This document shows, piece by piece, positions 1 to 10,578 of a DNA stretch of 64,000 nt. The stretch lies in NCBI GenBank assembly GCA_047284725.1, contig JBJBEO010000001.1, positions 1,912,203 to 1,976,202 of the forward strand. The letters run 5' to 3'. The notes under the pieces were generated by a model that was given only the letters and a program-made list of their open reading frames with translations, ran no database searches and had not been told where the DNA came from. A program made the translations under genes and the position numbers. Origin of the DNA: Synechococcus sp. (GTDB taxonomy: Bacteria; Cyanobacteriota; Cyanobacteriia; PCC-6307; Cyanobiaceae). The number at the start of each line of letters is the position of its first letter. Position 1 is the first letter of the stretch.

Positions 1-638
1 GGTTCTGCAGCCTGCATCTGCATCTGCTCGAACCCAGCCGTCTGCCGCTGGCAGCAGCGGCCCTGGAAGCCGGCATGGGGGTGATGGCCATCTCCCCCGC
101 CGACAAAGGCGGGCGCCTCCAGGATCCCAGTCAAACCCTTCAGGACGACTGCAGCCCGTTTACTCCCCTGGAACTCGCCTACCGCTTTCTGCTGGATCAA
201 GGCATCAGCACGCTCACCCTGGGAGCCCATCAAGCTGCTGATCTGGCTCTTGCCCAGCGACTGGCAACGGCAGATCACCCTCTCCACCCCGCTGAAAAGA
301 AGGCCCTGGCGCAGATGGAGAGCTCTCGCCTGCAGCGACTGACGCCCCATGCCTGCGGCCAGTGCAGAGCTTGCCTGCCCTGTCCGAATCAAGTGCCGAT
401 TCCAGAGCTGCTGCGACTGCGCAATCTGCGGCTGGGGCATGACCTGCGCGCCTACTGCGAAGAGCGCTACAACCTGATCGGTCGCGCCGGACACTGGTGG
501 GAATCCAGGGATGCGAGTGCCTGTGAACGCTGCGGCGAGTGCCTACCGCGCTGTCCCCACGGGCTGCCGATCCCTGAGCTGCTGGCGGAAACCCACAGCT
601 TGCTCGCGGCCCCACCACGCCGGCGTCTATGGGGCTGA
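1..638 (+). CDS. Aldo/keto reductase with C-terminal 4Fe-4S dicluster domain (5' truncated by window edge)
   Basis: Frame is open from position 3 (FCSLHLHLL...) into ORF 75..638. Two ferredoxin-type motifs: CGQCRACLPCP and CERCGECLPRCP. Confidence 0.85.
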   Translation, partial: FCSLHLHLLEPSRLPLAAAALEAGMGVMAISPADKGGRLQDPSQTLQDDCSPFTPLELAYRFLLDQGISTLTLGAHQAADLALAQRLATADHPLHPAEKKALAQMESSRLQRLTPHACGQCRACLPCPNQVPIPELLRLRNLRLGHDLRAYCEERYNLIGRAGHWWESRDASACERCGECLPRCPHGLPIPELLAETHSLLAAPPRRRLWG

Positions 639-1667
639 GGCCTGCCAGCGGTCGGCAAGTTGCCTAGCAGCAGCAGCGGTCAAAGGCGGCAGATTCCAAC
701 ATTGATGCCAGGTCTGCTCAGGCGGCAGCACCAAGGAACGAAGACGGTCGGGTACAGCGACCTGCATCGCTTGCAACGCAGAACGCTCCAGTGGCGGCAG
801 CCACCCTTCCGCCAACAGCCGTCCCAACAGGGGGGAGCTCCAGGCCTCCTCCACCCAGGCCTGAGGCAGTGGTTCACGGGTCGTGACTGGGCGCATCAAC
901 AGTGTCCAGTCGAGAGGTGCCCCCTGATCAGGCAGCAACGCCATGATTCGCGGATCACTCCGCAAGGTCTTCATGCATCGGGACAACGGCAACACCGCTG
1001 CCTTGGCCTTGCCCTGCAACAGCCAATTGAGGGCATGACGATCATCGAAGGCAAGGGCAGCGGACCGCAGGCGTCGTAAGGAGTCCGGTCCCTTCATCCG
1101 CTCGGCAAGGCTGATCACGAGCCGTGGGCTCGCTGGCAGGACGACGCCCCCGGCAAGCTTGGGGGACAACAGGGCATCCCAGCCTTGATCCGCAGCGAAC
1201 GTCCCACGCCCTTCACCGCGGATCAACATGACCCAGGGGCTGACGCCGACCGGCAACATCGCTGCCGCCAACGCCTCAGGGAACCTGTTGAGCAGGTCTT
1301 CGGCCTTGTCACTGAGCCGCGACCGCAGAGCCCCGACCTCCAGGGGCTGCAGATCATCAGCCTTCAAGGAGGCAGCCCAGCCATCGGGCAACGCCAACAA
1401 ATCGGCCTGAGCTGGCAGCGTCCCCTCCAGCAGAGGTTGCTGCGACTCGAGTGGAGTAAATCGCCAGGGTTTGACCAGTTGACGGCGCCAGAGCAACGGC
1501 AGGGTTTCCGGCGCCGCCATCAACGTGGGCGATTGCGGACGGGCACACCCTGCCAGGCTGCTCACCCCCAGCCACAAGCCGAGCTGAAGCATCTGACGCC
1601 GTGGGATCCGAGCCTGCATCAGGTCGGACGGCAATGACAGAGGGGGAAGGGAAGGATCGGCCGTCAT
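627..1667 (-). CDS. Probable Tat-exported lipoprotein, extracellular solute-binding-protein-like
   Basis: N-terminal PRRQMLQLG twin-arginine motif followed by lipobox LAGC. The ATG at 1667 overlaps the upstream cobT-like stop (ATGA). The binding-protein assignment is by resemblance only. Confidence 0.6.
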   Translation of the reverse strand: MTADPSLPPLSLPSDLMQARIPRRQMLQLGLWLGVSSLAGCARPQSPTLMAAPETLPLLWRRQLVKPWRFTPLESQQPLLEGTLPAQADLLALPDGWAASLKADDLQPLEVGALRSRLSDKAEDLLNRFPEALAAAMLPVGVSPWVMLIRGEGRGTFAADQGWDALLSPKLAGGVVLPASPRLVISLAERMKGPDSLRRLRSAALAFDDRHALNWLLQGKAKAAVLPLSRCMKTLRSDPRIMALLPDQGAPLDWTLLMRPVTTREPLPQAWVEEAWSSPLLGRLLAEGWLPPLERSALQAMQVAVPDRLRSLVLPPEQTWHQCWNLPPLTAAAARQLADRWQASAP

Positions 1668-2860
1668 GGTTCTGACCCTAAGGACCCATGGGGTGACGGA
1701 CATGCACCCCGCTGCACGAGCGCATCCATCGCCAGGTCGCATTGCTGCTGCAACGGATCAACACCCCAACCGCGCAGTTGCGTCAGCAGCGCCAAACCTC
1801 CAGCCCCCACCCCTTCCTTGACGTGGCCCTGTTCATAGGCCTGAAGCTGGTTATGGCGACTGTGATGAAAGCGCAGGCCACTGGCAAGAGCGAGCAGAGG
1901 CACCTCCAAGTGGGCGGTCGCGGTCTGAAGCAACTGAGGGAACGCGGCTCCATGTCCCCCCAGCTGTTCGTCGGCCAGCCAGGCCGTTGTGCCGAGCAGC
2001 AACGATGTGGCCATGGCCGCACGATCGTCACGGGGAACCCCATTGAGGGCCAAAGCTGCCACCGCCAGCATCTGACTTCCCCCCGCGAGCAGCAAAGGCT
2101 GCCCGGCCTGCATCGCACCGACGGCCACCCCGGCGGCCAAGGCCTGAAAAGGATCCCCCACGGCGGCGATCAAGGCCTGGGGATTCATCGCTTGCGTCAC
2201 AGGGGCACGCTCCAAACCCTCCGCCACCAGACGTCGCTTCAGTGCCAGCGGCGGATTCAGGGCACTGCCACTCACAAACGCATCCACAGGCATCCCCAAC
2301 CCACGCAGCACCGCCTGGGCCGTGGTGGTGCCGCCCGGCACACACTCAGCCAGCACCAGGGGGCGGCGCAGGCCAGTCCCGAAACGGCGTCCTCGCTCCC
2401 AGAGCTGCGTCACCCGAGAGAGATCCATCGCCCTGCCGCTGCTCAGGCAATCGGCGGCCCCGAAAGCTGGCGCTTCAAAGCGCAGATGGGGGAAAGGGGG
2501 CTGCTGCGCCAAGCCAAGGGCTGCCACGTGAGGCCGCAAGCCAAGACACTGCACAGCCACCCAACTGATCAACGCTGGCGAAACCCCTGCCGGCAAGGGG
2601 GGAAGAGGCCAGCACGGCTGCGATGCAGGGCCCTGCAACAACAACTCCGCATCAGCGATGGCGGTGTAGCGGCGCGATTCAGGCGTGGACCCCGCCGCTG
2701 AGATGCCAGGCACCTCAGCGGTGCGAGTGGCGGCCAGCACCACCAGCAGATCCGGGCAAACGGCCGGATCTGACCAGGGGCTGAGGCGATTCTTAAGGTC
2801 ACGCTCCGACCAGGATCCACCGATCAGCGCACATCCAGTTGGCAGGGCCTGGTGCGCCAT
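1664..2860 (-). CDS. cobT: Nicotinate-nucleotide--dimethylbenzimidazole phosphoribosyltransferase, cyanobacterial/archaeal CobT type
   Basis: Motifs VPGISAAG, AECVPGGTTTA, LAGGSQM and GHVKEGVGAGG. Confidence 0.85.
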   Translation of the reverse strand: MAHQALPTGCALIGGSWSERDLKNRLSPWSDPAVCPDLLVVLAATRTAEVPGISAAGSTPESRRYTAIADAELLLQGPASQPCWPLPPLPAGVSPALISWVAVQCLGLRPHVAALGLAQQPPFPHLRFEAPAFGAADCLSSGRAMDLSRVTQLWERGRRFGTGLRRPLVLAECVPGGTTTAQAVLRGLGMPVDAFVSGSALNPPLALKRRLVAEGLERAPVTQAMNPQALIAAVGDPFQALAAGVAVGAMQAGQPLLLAGGSQMLAVAALALNGVPRDDRAAMATSLLLGTTAWLADEQLGGHGAAFPQLLQTATAHLEVPLLALASGLRFHHSRHNQLQAYEQGHVKEGVGAGGLALLTQLRGWGVDPLQQQCDLAMDALVQRGACPSPHGSLGSEP

Positions 2861-2869
2861 CGGCTTCCG

Positions 2870-3535
2870 CTAGAGGGGGTCGAGGGCAATCAGACCCTCG
2901 AGGGCCTTGGGCGGTGAAGGCACCGGAGCCTGCAACCGAGGGAAGATCCAATAGGCGAGCGCATGCAAGGCCAACACGTAGATCAGCTGCTGAAACAGCA
3001 CCAACCCCAGAGCCATCAACTGCACCTGATCGAGATCGGGGGCGAGGGAGATGCGAAGGGGGAACTGAAGCGTGGTGAGAACGCTGTTGAAAGAGCCGAT
3101 GAGGCCATTCAGCATGTTGTCACCCGCCCGTGTAATCACGACCCAGAGGTTTTCCCCCACCAACAAAGACAGCGCCACGACCCGCACCAGGAAGCCTGCA
3201 GCACCGATCAGCGTGCCCACACCCCAACTCAACCACCAACTCAGACGTCGCGACCAGGACCATCCCAGCCAGAGAGACAGCAAGGCATAGGGAAAGAGAA
3301 TCAACGGACCGCGCACCGGCCCCATCAGAGCCACCAGCAGCAGGACTACGAGCAACACCCCCTCCACTCCTGCCTTCCAGCCACGACGCAGCAGCAGCAG
3401 CGCCAAGGGCAGGGGAAGCGCCAGCCGAAACAGGGACCCGCCCACGGGCAGGTAATAGAGCGCCAACCACAGCAAACCGGCCGTCGCCGCCAGATAAGAG
3501 GTTTCCATCACCCTCAGGGCCTGACGGCGGCTCAT
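2870..3535 (-). CDS. Multi-pass membrane protein (DUF2232-like)
   Basis: Hydrophobic ORF with METSYLAA...LPLPLALL...GPVRGP. Start chosen at MSRRQ (3535); alternative start 3559. Confidence 0.7.
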   Translation of the reverse strand: MSRRQALRVMETSYLAATAGLLWLALYYLPVGGSLFRLALPLPLALLLLRRGWKAGVEGVLLVVLLLVALMGPVRGPLILFPYALLSLWLGWSWSRRLSWWLSWGVGTLIGAAGFLVRVVALSLLVGENLWVVITRAGDNMLNGLIGSFNSVLTTLQFPLRISLAPDLDQVQLMALGLVLFQQLIYVLALHALAYWIFPRLQAPVPSPPKALEGLIALDPL

Positions 3536-3555
3536 CCCTGTGCCGGTGGAACGCC

Positions 3556-3999
3556 TCAAGGATTTCCCCCCTGAGGCTCCGGCGTCACCCGCAGTGTCCC
3601 CGCCGGCTTCACCCGTTCGATCGTTTCCACCTCGAAATCAATCCCGGCATCACGCAGGGAGCGGGTCACCACCTCAGCTGGAGCTGAAGGATCAGCGCCA
3701 GAGAGGCGAATCGTGATGCGATAAGGCTGGGGATCCAGGGGCTTGGGATTGGGCTTGGTAGGTACCCGAGGAAGCTGGTCAATGGCGGCAGGGGGCTGAA
3801 CCGGCCCAGACGCGGGAGGGGGTGCCTGGACTGGTCGGCGCTCCGCTGGCGTCGATGAAGCAGGCTTCGGGGCCGTCACTGGTGGCGAGTCCGAGGGAGT
3901 GTCAAAGCTGTCGGCCAGCTGCTGGCCGAGCGGGGTGTTTCCGCAGGCCTGCAGCAACAGCACCGGCAGCAACCAGAGGCCGGAACGGGCCTGAATCAT
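3556..3999 (-). CDS. Hypothetical lipoprotein with Pro-rich linker
   Basis: Lipobox LQAC after a hydrophobic stretch; start overlaps the topA stop. Confidence 0.7.
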   Translation of the reverse strand: MIQARSGLWLLPVLLLQACGNTPLGQQLADSFDTPSDSPPVTAPKPASSTPAERRPVQAPPPASGPVQPPAAIDQLPRVPTKPNPKPLDPQPYRITIRLSGADPSAPAEVVTRSLRDAGIDFEVETIERVKPAGTLRVTPEPQGGNP

Positions 4000-6701
4000 C
4001 AGACATCTCCAGGCTTGATCACCCGCACCGCGCTGGCCCGCAGACGGCCTGTCTTCGTGGTGGCCGGAGGCTTCTTGGCAGCTGGCTTCTTGGCGGCTGG
4101 CTTCTTGGCGGCTGGCTTCTTGGCGGTGGTTTTGCGTTTCGTGGCCTTCTTGGCCGAGGCCTTCGCCGCCAGAAGCTCCACGGCTTCCTCCAGCGTGATG
4201 TCGTCGGCTCCCTTGCCCTCAGGCAATGAGGCATTCACCTTGCCCTGTTTGACGTACAAGCCGTAGGGGCCGTCGTACACCTGAATCGTTTCCTCACTGC
4301 CCTCAGGCTTGCCGAGGTCCTTCAAGGCGGTGCGACCACCGCGCCCCCGTTTTGGCATCGCCAGGAGTTCGAGGGCTCGCGACAAGCCCACCAGCAGCAC
4401 ATCGTCCTCCCCCTTGAGGGATCGGTAGTCCTTTTCTCCCTTGCCCTTGTCCCACACGACATAGGGACCGAAACGACCGAGTCCGGCCTGGATCTTGCCG
4501 CCATCGGGATGCTCACCAAGCAGTCGGGGCAGCCGCAGCAGGCCGAGGGCGTCCTCCAGCGACAGATCTTCCGGCTTGGCGCCCTTGGGTAACGAGGCCC
4601 GCTTGGGCTTTGGATTCTCATCGCTCACCTGGCCCCGCTGGACGTAAGGGCCGTACTGACCAAACAGCAGATACACCAGATCACCCGTTTCAGGGTCTTC
4701 ACCCAGCGCTTCAGGGCCGTCCGCCTTTTGCTTGAGAATCAGTTCAGCTTTCTCGGAATCGAGATCGGCTGGGGTGATCTCCCTGGGCAAGGTCGCCTTG
4801 AGCAGCTCTTCCTCGCCGTCGTCGCCAACACGCTTGGCTTCGAGATAAGCCCCGAAACGACCGATCCGCACCACACAGGGCAGGCCTTCCAGATCAACGG
4901 TGCGGGACGCACCGGCATCGATATCCCCTTCCCGTTGCTGGACCTGGTGTTCCAGGCCTGTCTCACCTTTGTAGAACTCCTCGAGGTAAGGCAGCCACTG
5001 CACCTTGCCATGGGAAATCTCGTCGAGGGTGTTCTCCATCCGAGCGGTGAAGCCAGGATCAACGAGCTCGGGGAAATGCTCTTCCAGCAGGGCGGTCACA
5101 GCGAAAGCCGTGAAGCTCGGGGTGAGGGCATTGCTCTGCAGGGTGGCGTACCCACGGTCCACGATCGTGCCGATGATGCTGGCGTAGGTGGAGGGCCTTC
5201 CGATCCCCTCCTTCTCCAGCATCTTCACCAGCGATGCTTCGCTGAAGCGAGCTGGAGGCTGCGTCTGGTGCCCCAGTGCCTCCACCTTCTGGGGGTTGGG
5301 CGCATCACCGGCTTTCAGCACGGGAAGCAACACCTCCTGGCCCTCGAGAGCTGCATCGGGATCGTCGCTGCCCTCCACGTAGGCCCTGAAGAATCCGGGA
5401 AAATCGATTCGCTTGCCGTTGGCACGGAAGCGCGCATCCGCCACCCCCAGATCAACCGACATCATCGTGAGCCGGGCCTCGGCCATCTGACTGGCAACGG
5501 TGCGCTTCCAGATCAGCTCGTACAACGACAGATCCCGGCCATCAAGGCCTGTCTCTGAAGGGGCTCTGAAACGTTCTCCAGCAGGCCGGATCGCCTCGTG
5601 GGCCTCCTGGGCATTGCGTGATTTGGTGCTGAACTGTCGCACCGACTTGCTGAGGTAGTCCTTGCCGTAACGGGACTCAACGCAGCTTCTTGCTGCACTG
5701 ATCGCCTGCTCCGACAGATGCACTGAGTCGGTCCGCATGTAGGTGATGAACCCCCTTTCGTACAGACCCTGAGCGCAGCGCATGGTTTCCCGCGCCGATA
5801 GGCGCAGCTTGCGATTGGCCTCCTGCTGAAGGGTGCTGGTGGTGAATGGCGGCACGGGACGACGCACCGTCGGTTTCTCCTCCACCGACTCCACGCGCCA
5901 TTCGGCACTGCGCACCTGATCAGCCAGTGTGCGGGCATCATCCTCACTGAGGAGTCTGACGGCACTGCCCTGCTTCAGGGCACCCGTGGTCTCATCAAAA
6001 TCATGACCGGTGGCAATCTTCTGCCCCCCCAGATGACTGAGCTTGGCTTCAAACGCGCTGCCGGCATGGCTGAGCTGTGCCTTCAGATCCCAGTAACTGC
6101 CGCTGCGGAAGGCCCGTCGGGCACGCTCCCGCTGCACCAGCAAACGCACAGCGACTGACTGGACCCGTCCGGCGGACAGGCCCCAGGCCACCTTCTTCCA
6201 CAGCAGGGGGGAGAGGGTGTAACCCACCAGGCGATCGAGGATCCGACGGGTCTCCTGGGCATGCACAAGCTCCATATCGAGCTCTCGGGTGTCATCAAGA
6301 GCCCGTGAGATCGCTTCCTTGGTGATCTCGTGAAACACCATCCGCTTCACCGGAACCTTCGGGGCGAGGAGCTGGAGCAAGTGCCAGCTGATGCTTTCCC
6401 CTTCCCTGTCTTCGTCAGTGGCCAGCAGAAGCTGATCCACTCCTTTGAGAGCGTCCTTGAGTTCTCGAACAATCTTTTTCTTGTCTTTCGGCACCACGTA
6501 AAGCGGCTCGAAATCGGCTTCGGTGTTGACACCGAGATTTGCCCATTTCTGACCTTTTTTCGCCGCCGGAATCTCACTGGCATTGTTCGGCAGATCGCGC
6601 ACATGGCCCATGGAGGCCTCCACGCGGTAGCCCTTGGGGAGGAAACCACGGATGGTGCGTGCCTTCGTGGGGCTCTCGACGATGACCAGTGTGTTCGCCA
6701 C
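3999..6701 (-). CDS. topA: DNA topoisomerase I
   Basis: TOPRIM motifs [10 protein letters not shown] and ATDEDREGE, active-site [11 protein letters not shown]-terminal GRFGPY-type repeats and a Lys-rich tail. GTG start at 6701. Confidence 0.97.
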   Translation of the reverse strand: MANTLVIVESPTKARTIRGFLPKGYRVEASMGHVRDLPNNASEIPAAKKGQKWANLGVNTEADFEPLYVVPKDKKKIVRELKDALKGVDQLLLATDEDREGESISWHLLQLLAPKVPVKRMVFHEITKEAISRALDDTRELDMELVHAQETRRILDRLVGYTLSPLLWKKVAWGLSAGRVQSVAVRLLVQRERARRAFRSGSYWDLKAQLSHAGSAFEAKLSHLGGQKIATGHDFDETTGALKQGSAVRLLSEDDARTLADQVRSAEWRVESVEEKPTVRRPVPPFTTSTLQQEANRKLRLSARETMRCAQGLYERGFITYMRTDSVHLSEQAISAARSCVESRYGKDYLSKSVRQFSTKSRNAQEAHEAIRPAGERFRAPSETGLDGRDLSLYELIWKRTVASQMAEARLTMMSVDLGVADARFRANGKRIDFPGFFRAYVEGSDDPDAALEGQEVLLPVLKAGDAPNPQKVEALGHQTQPPARFSEASLVKMLEKEGIGRPSTYASIIGTIVDRGYATLQSNALTPSFTAFAVTALLEEHFPELVDPGFTARMENTLDEISHGKVQWLPYLEEFYKGETGLEHQVQQREGDIDAGASRTVDLEGLPCVVRIGRFGAYLEAKRVGDDGEEELLKATLPREITPADLDSEKAELILKQKADGPEALGEDPETGDLVYLLFGQYGPYVQRGQVSDENPKPKRASLPKGAKPEDLSLEDALGLLRLPRLLGEHPDGGKIQAGLGRFGPYVVWDKGKGEKDYRSLKGEDDVLLVGLSRALELLAMPKRGRGGRTALKDLGKPEGSEETIQVYDGPYGLYVKQGKVNASLPEGKGADDITLEEAVELLAAKASAKKATKRKTTAKKPAAKKPAAKKPAAKKPPATTKTGRLRASAVRVIKPGDV
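4069..4126 (-). repeat. 15-nt coding tandem repeat (AKKPA x4) in the TopA basic tail
   Basis: GGCTTCTTGGC repeated four times with a 15-nt period. Confidence 0.85.
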
Positions 6702-6839
6702 GGGCGGGAGGTAACCGTCCCCTTCTTTATCGCACCGACGATCCACCTGCAGCGAAAGCACACCTTTTCCCCTCTCGGCGACGGCCTGATTCGGCGACGC
6801 CGCTACAGTCTTCCGGTCAGGTCTGATCCCGCGAGCGCC

Positions 6840-8411
6840 ATGCCCGAGTTGGGTGCACTGCTTTTCTCCACCCAGCCCATGCCCGCGCCGGGCGAGTTGC
6901 TCAATCTGGCGCTGAACGCTGGGGCCGTGGCCCCCGAAGGCGCTGTGCTGGTGGCGATGCTTGCCACCCTGTTGGTCGACCTCGCCGGTGAGCGAGTCGC
7001 CATCCGGTGGGTCCCGCCGATTTGTTATCTGGGCCTTGGTGGAGCCCTGGTGCTCTTGGCACTGCAGTGGAACACCCCTCTGGAGCCTTCCTTTCTGGGT
7101 GCCTTCCTGTCGGACCGACTCGCGATTGCATTTCGCGCCGTTGTGGCCACATCCACCCTGCTGTCTCTCCTGATCAGCTGGCGCTATGCCGAAAAGAGCG
7201 GCACACCCGTCGGCGAATACGCCGCGATTCTGCTGGCGGCAACCCTCGGCGGCATGCTGCTGTGCGGTGCCACGGATCTTGTGAGCGTGTTTGTCTCCCT
7301 CGAGACGCTATCCGTCGCGAGCTATCTCCTTTCGGGGTACATGAAGCGAGATGCCCGAAGTTCGGAAGCAGCACTCAAATATCTGCTCGTCGGCTCGGCC
7401 GCAGCCGCAGTGTTCCTCTACGGAGCCTCACTTCTTTACGGCCTCAGTGGATCCACGAGCCTTGAAGTGATTGGGGTGGCCCTGATCAACAGCCCAACCC
7501 CATTGGCAGCGTTGGCATTGGTGTTTGTTCTTGCCACGGTGGCCTTCAAAATCGCTGCGGTGCCTTTCCACCAGTGGACTCCGGACGTTTACGAAGGATC
7601 CCCCACACCCGTGGTGGCATTCCTTTCTGTGGGATCGAAAGCCGCAGGTTTCGCGCTCGCCCTTCGGTTGCTGGTGGGCTGCTTTGGCTCCTTCGATACG
7701 CAGTGGAAACTGCTCTTCACTGTGCTGGCCCTGCTGAGCATGACCCTTGGCAACGTGGTTGCCCTGGCGCAGACCTCCATGAAACGGATGCTGGCCTACA
7801 GCTCAATCGGCCAGGCAGGCTTCGTGATGATCGGGCTTGTCTGCGGCACAGAAGAGGGTTTCGCCGCCATGGTTCTGTACATGGCGGCCTACCTCTTCAT
7901 GAACCTTGGTGCGTTCGCCTGCATCATCCTGTTCTCGATCCGCACAGGCAGCGACCGCATCAGTGATTACGCCGGTCTTTACCAGAAAGATCCACTGATC
8001 ACCCTTGGCCTCAGTCTTTGCCTTCTCTCCTTGGGCGGCATCCCACCGATGCTTGGTTTCTTCGGAAAGATCTATCTCTTCTTCGCTGGCTGGGCTGATC
8101 ACCAGTACCTGCTGGTTGTGGTTGGCCTGATCACCTCAGTGGTCTCGATCTACTACTACATCGGTGTGATCAAGATGATGGTGGTGAAAGAACCTCAAGA
8201 AGCTTCGGATGTCGTCAAGTCCTATCCCGAAGTCCAATGGAACACGATCGGACTGCCGTCACTCCGCTTCGCACTCGTGGCTTGCGTCGTGGTGACTGCA
8301 GTGGGTGGGATCCTCTCCAATCCCCTCTTCCAGTGGGCCAACCAAGCGGTGGATGAGACACCCCTTCTCCAGCAAGCCATTGCTCTGTCAACTCAGTACA
8401 CGATTGGCTGA
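6840..8411 (+). CDS. ndhB: NAD(P)H-quinone oxidoreductase subunit 2 (NuoN homologue)
   Basis: Motifs [31 protein letters not shown] and [13 protein letters not shown]. The likely start is ATG 6840, not 6330. Confidence 0.95.
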   Translation: MPELGALLFSTQPMPAPGELLNLALNAGAVAPEGAVLVAMLATLLVDLAGERVAIRWVPPICYLGLGGALVLLALQWNTPLEPSFLGAFLSDRLAIAFRAVVATSTLLSLLISWRYAEKSGTPVGEYAAILLAATLGGMLLCGATDLVSVFVSLETLSVASYLLSGYMKRDARSSEAALKYLLVGSAAAAVFLYGASLLYGLSGSTSLEVIGVALINSPTPLAALALVFVLATVAFKIAAVPFHQWTPDVYEGSPTPVVAFLSVGSKAAGFALALRLLVGCFGSFDTQWKLLFTVLALLSMTLGNVVALAQTSMKRMLAYSSIGQAGFVMIGLVCGTEEGFAAMVLYMAAYLFMNLGAFACIILFSIRTGSDRISDYAGLYQKDPLITLGLSLCLLSLGGIPPMLGFFGKIYLFFAGWADHQYLLVVVGLITSVVSIYYYIGVIKMMVVKEPQEASDVVKSYPEVQWNTIGLPSLRFALVACVVVTAVGGILSNPLFQWANQAVDETPLLQQAIALSTQYTIG

Positions 8412-9102
8412 AGACCACAACAAGTCATCAAGACAACCTGTTGCACAGCTCCTGGGGGTCAGCAAGGTCTACGGAGAGGGGGCGAACGAGGTTCGCGCCC
8501 TCAATCATCTCGACCTGACGGTCTACCAAGGTGACTATCTGGCCGTGATGGGCGCCAGCGGCTCCGGCAAGAGCACGGCGATGAACATTCTGGGCTGCCT
8601 CGATCGGCCCTCGTCGGGGCAATACAAGCTCAACGGCATCGCCGTTGAGGACGTTGATGACGATGCTCTTGCAGACCTCCGAAATCAGGAACTTGGATTC
8701 GTCTTTCAACAATTCCACCTGCTTCCGCACGCGTCAGCACTGGAGAACGTGATGCTTCCGATGGTGTATGCGGGCATTCATTCCAATGAACGCAGGCAGC
8801 GAGCCGAGGAGGCACTCGTGCGTGTAGGCCTTTCTGAGCGCCTGCACAACAAACCCAATCAGCTGTCCGGTGGACAGCAACAAAGGGTTGCCATCGCGCG
8901 GGCGATCATCAATCGACCAGCACTTCTTCTCGCCGACGAACCGACGGGAGCACTGGATTCAAGAACAACAGAGGACGTGCTCAGCCTGTTCGATGCACTC
9001 CATCAACAAGGCATCACCCTTGTGATGGTGACCCACGAAGATGACGTGGCGAGAAGAGCCGGGAAAACGGTTCGCTTTAAAGATGGAGCCATCGAGCCAT
9101 GA
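8404..9102 (+). CDS. ABC transporter ATP-binding protein (LolD/DevA-like)
   Basis: Walker [10 protein letters not shown], signature [14 protein letters not shown], Walker [10 protein letters not shown]. Start uncertain (TTG 8404 overlapping the ndhB stop). Confidence 0.9.
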   Translation: MAEDHNKSSRQPVAQLLGVSKVYGEGANEVRALNHLDLTVYQGDYLAVMGASGSGKSTAMNILGCLDRPSSGQYKLNGIAVEDVDDDALADLRNQELGFVFQQFHLLPHASALENVMLPMVYAGIHSNERRQRAEEALVRVGLSERLHNKPNQLSGGQQQRVAIARAIINRPALLLADEPTGALDSRTTEDVLSLFDALHQQGITLVMVTHEDDVARRAGKTVRFKDGAIEP

Positions 9103-9840
9103 ACGGCGGCTATCAATCTGAGAGCACGAAGAGACTTCATGAAATCATCTGAATCAACAACAAGCATGGAGGCTGCCAATTGATTCACAAGCAAAAAGAT
9201 CAGCCGATCCACTCGGCTCCAAGCCTCTCCCCCCAAGGCCGATGATCAGGGCAAAGCGGCCGAAGAACCAACCTTGAGACCAGCACAACCATCTTGCGCC
9301 AGCCACTCGCCAGCAGATGCCATCGCTCCCCAAGACTGGATCAGTAGTCACTGATCCCCCCAGCAACAGTGGCTACTGATCCAGATTGACCTCCGACAAG
9401 GAGAGACAAGACGAAAACGGCGAAGACGAGAGCGAGGGAAGGAACCGCCAAACATGAACATATGCAAAAAGCTTTTCAGCGAATTTTCAGCCCCTTCAAA
9501 GCCAAGACTCAGGAAAAGAGTTCTTTTAATCTTGACAAAGGCAAGTTCATGCGTTAAGGGATGAGGCTTGAGTGCGTCAATCGTGGTGATCCAAGCTGTC
9601 GCAAGGCATCTCCCCTTTCCGGCATGAACCTGTGAACTCAACAGCAGCTGTGCGGATGAGCCGAGAGAGCCTGAAGCTTGCGAGCGACGACAGGATCTGA
9701 GAGGCGTTGGCGGGGACGCTTCACGCTCGCCATGGTTCTTCGAGGCTCATGGAAACACACAAAACCACCTCTCGGAACACCAACAACGGAACCAAAGCGT
9801 CGCGACCTTGCTTTAATAAAGAGGGATAAAGCTTCTGTTC

Positions 9841-10578
9841 GTGCCTGAACCGTCTGTACCAAGACTGCGGGTCCTCGTGGTAGAAGACGAGAGCAATTTG
9901 TCCGAGCTTCTCAAACTGGAGCTCGACGTAGAAGGCTATGACGTGGACATCGCCCCAGATGGAGCCTCAGGACTTGTCAAAGCACGATCCGAACCACTTC
10001 CTGATCTGATCGTCCTTGATTGGAACCTCCCAGATTTCTCAGGGATCGATATCTGCCAGCGCATCCGTCGAGGAGGGGTCACCACACCGATCCTTATGCT
10101 GACGGGCCATGACGACATCGCTGACCGGGTGACGGCCCTCGATGCGGGCGTGGATGACTATCTGATCAAGCCCTTCTCGATCGAAGAGCTGATGGCTCGA
10201 CTGAGGGCGATGCAACGCAGGGCTCAGACCTTCTCCAGTGGGAGCGAGCCAGATTCCGCACCAGCGGTGCTATCGGTGGCCGACTTACGCATCGACACCA
10301 GCACCCGCGATGTCAGCCGCGGTGAAGAGACGATTCAGCTCTCGGTGAAGGAATACGAGCTGCTGATGTTCCTGATGCGCTCCGCCGGCAAAGTGCTGGA
10401 GCGGGCTGAAATCATGCGCGGCGTATGGGGCGAGAATTTTTACGGTGACGACAATCTTCTTGACGTCTACATCCGCTATTTACGCCAAAAAATCGAATCT
10501 CCAGAGAGACCCACCCTCATCCACACCGTGCGCGGCGTGGGATTCATTCTCCGAGACTCATCGGATCAGCCGTCCTGA
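9841..10578 (+). CDS. OmpR-family two-component response regulator
   Basis: Receiver domain (VVEDE, LIVLDWNLP, DDYLIKPF) plus winged-helix domain (DVYIRYLRQKIE, IHTVRGVGF). Confidence 0.93.
   Translation: MPEPSVPRLRVLVVEDESNLSELLKLELDVEGYDVDIAPDGASGLVKARSEPLPDLIVLDWNLPDFSGIDICQRIRRGGVTTPILMLTGHDDIADRVTALDAGVDDYLIKPFSIEELMARLRAMQRRAQTFSSGSEPDSAPAVLSVADLRIDTSTRDVSRGEETIQLSVKEYELLMFLMRSAGKVLERAEIMRGVWGENFYGDDNLLDVYIRYLRQKIESPERPTLIHTVRGVGFILRDSSDQPS

Noticed and set aside
6330..6839. 170-aa N-terminal extension of NdhB in the ORF track
   Set aside because: It is antisense to the topA 5' end; the NdhB-like sequence begins at ATG 6840.
9749..9792. GGAAACA/GGAACAC words suggesting a Yfr2-family sRNA
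   Set aside because: Only one exact GGAAACA and no convincing enclosing stem-loop.
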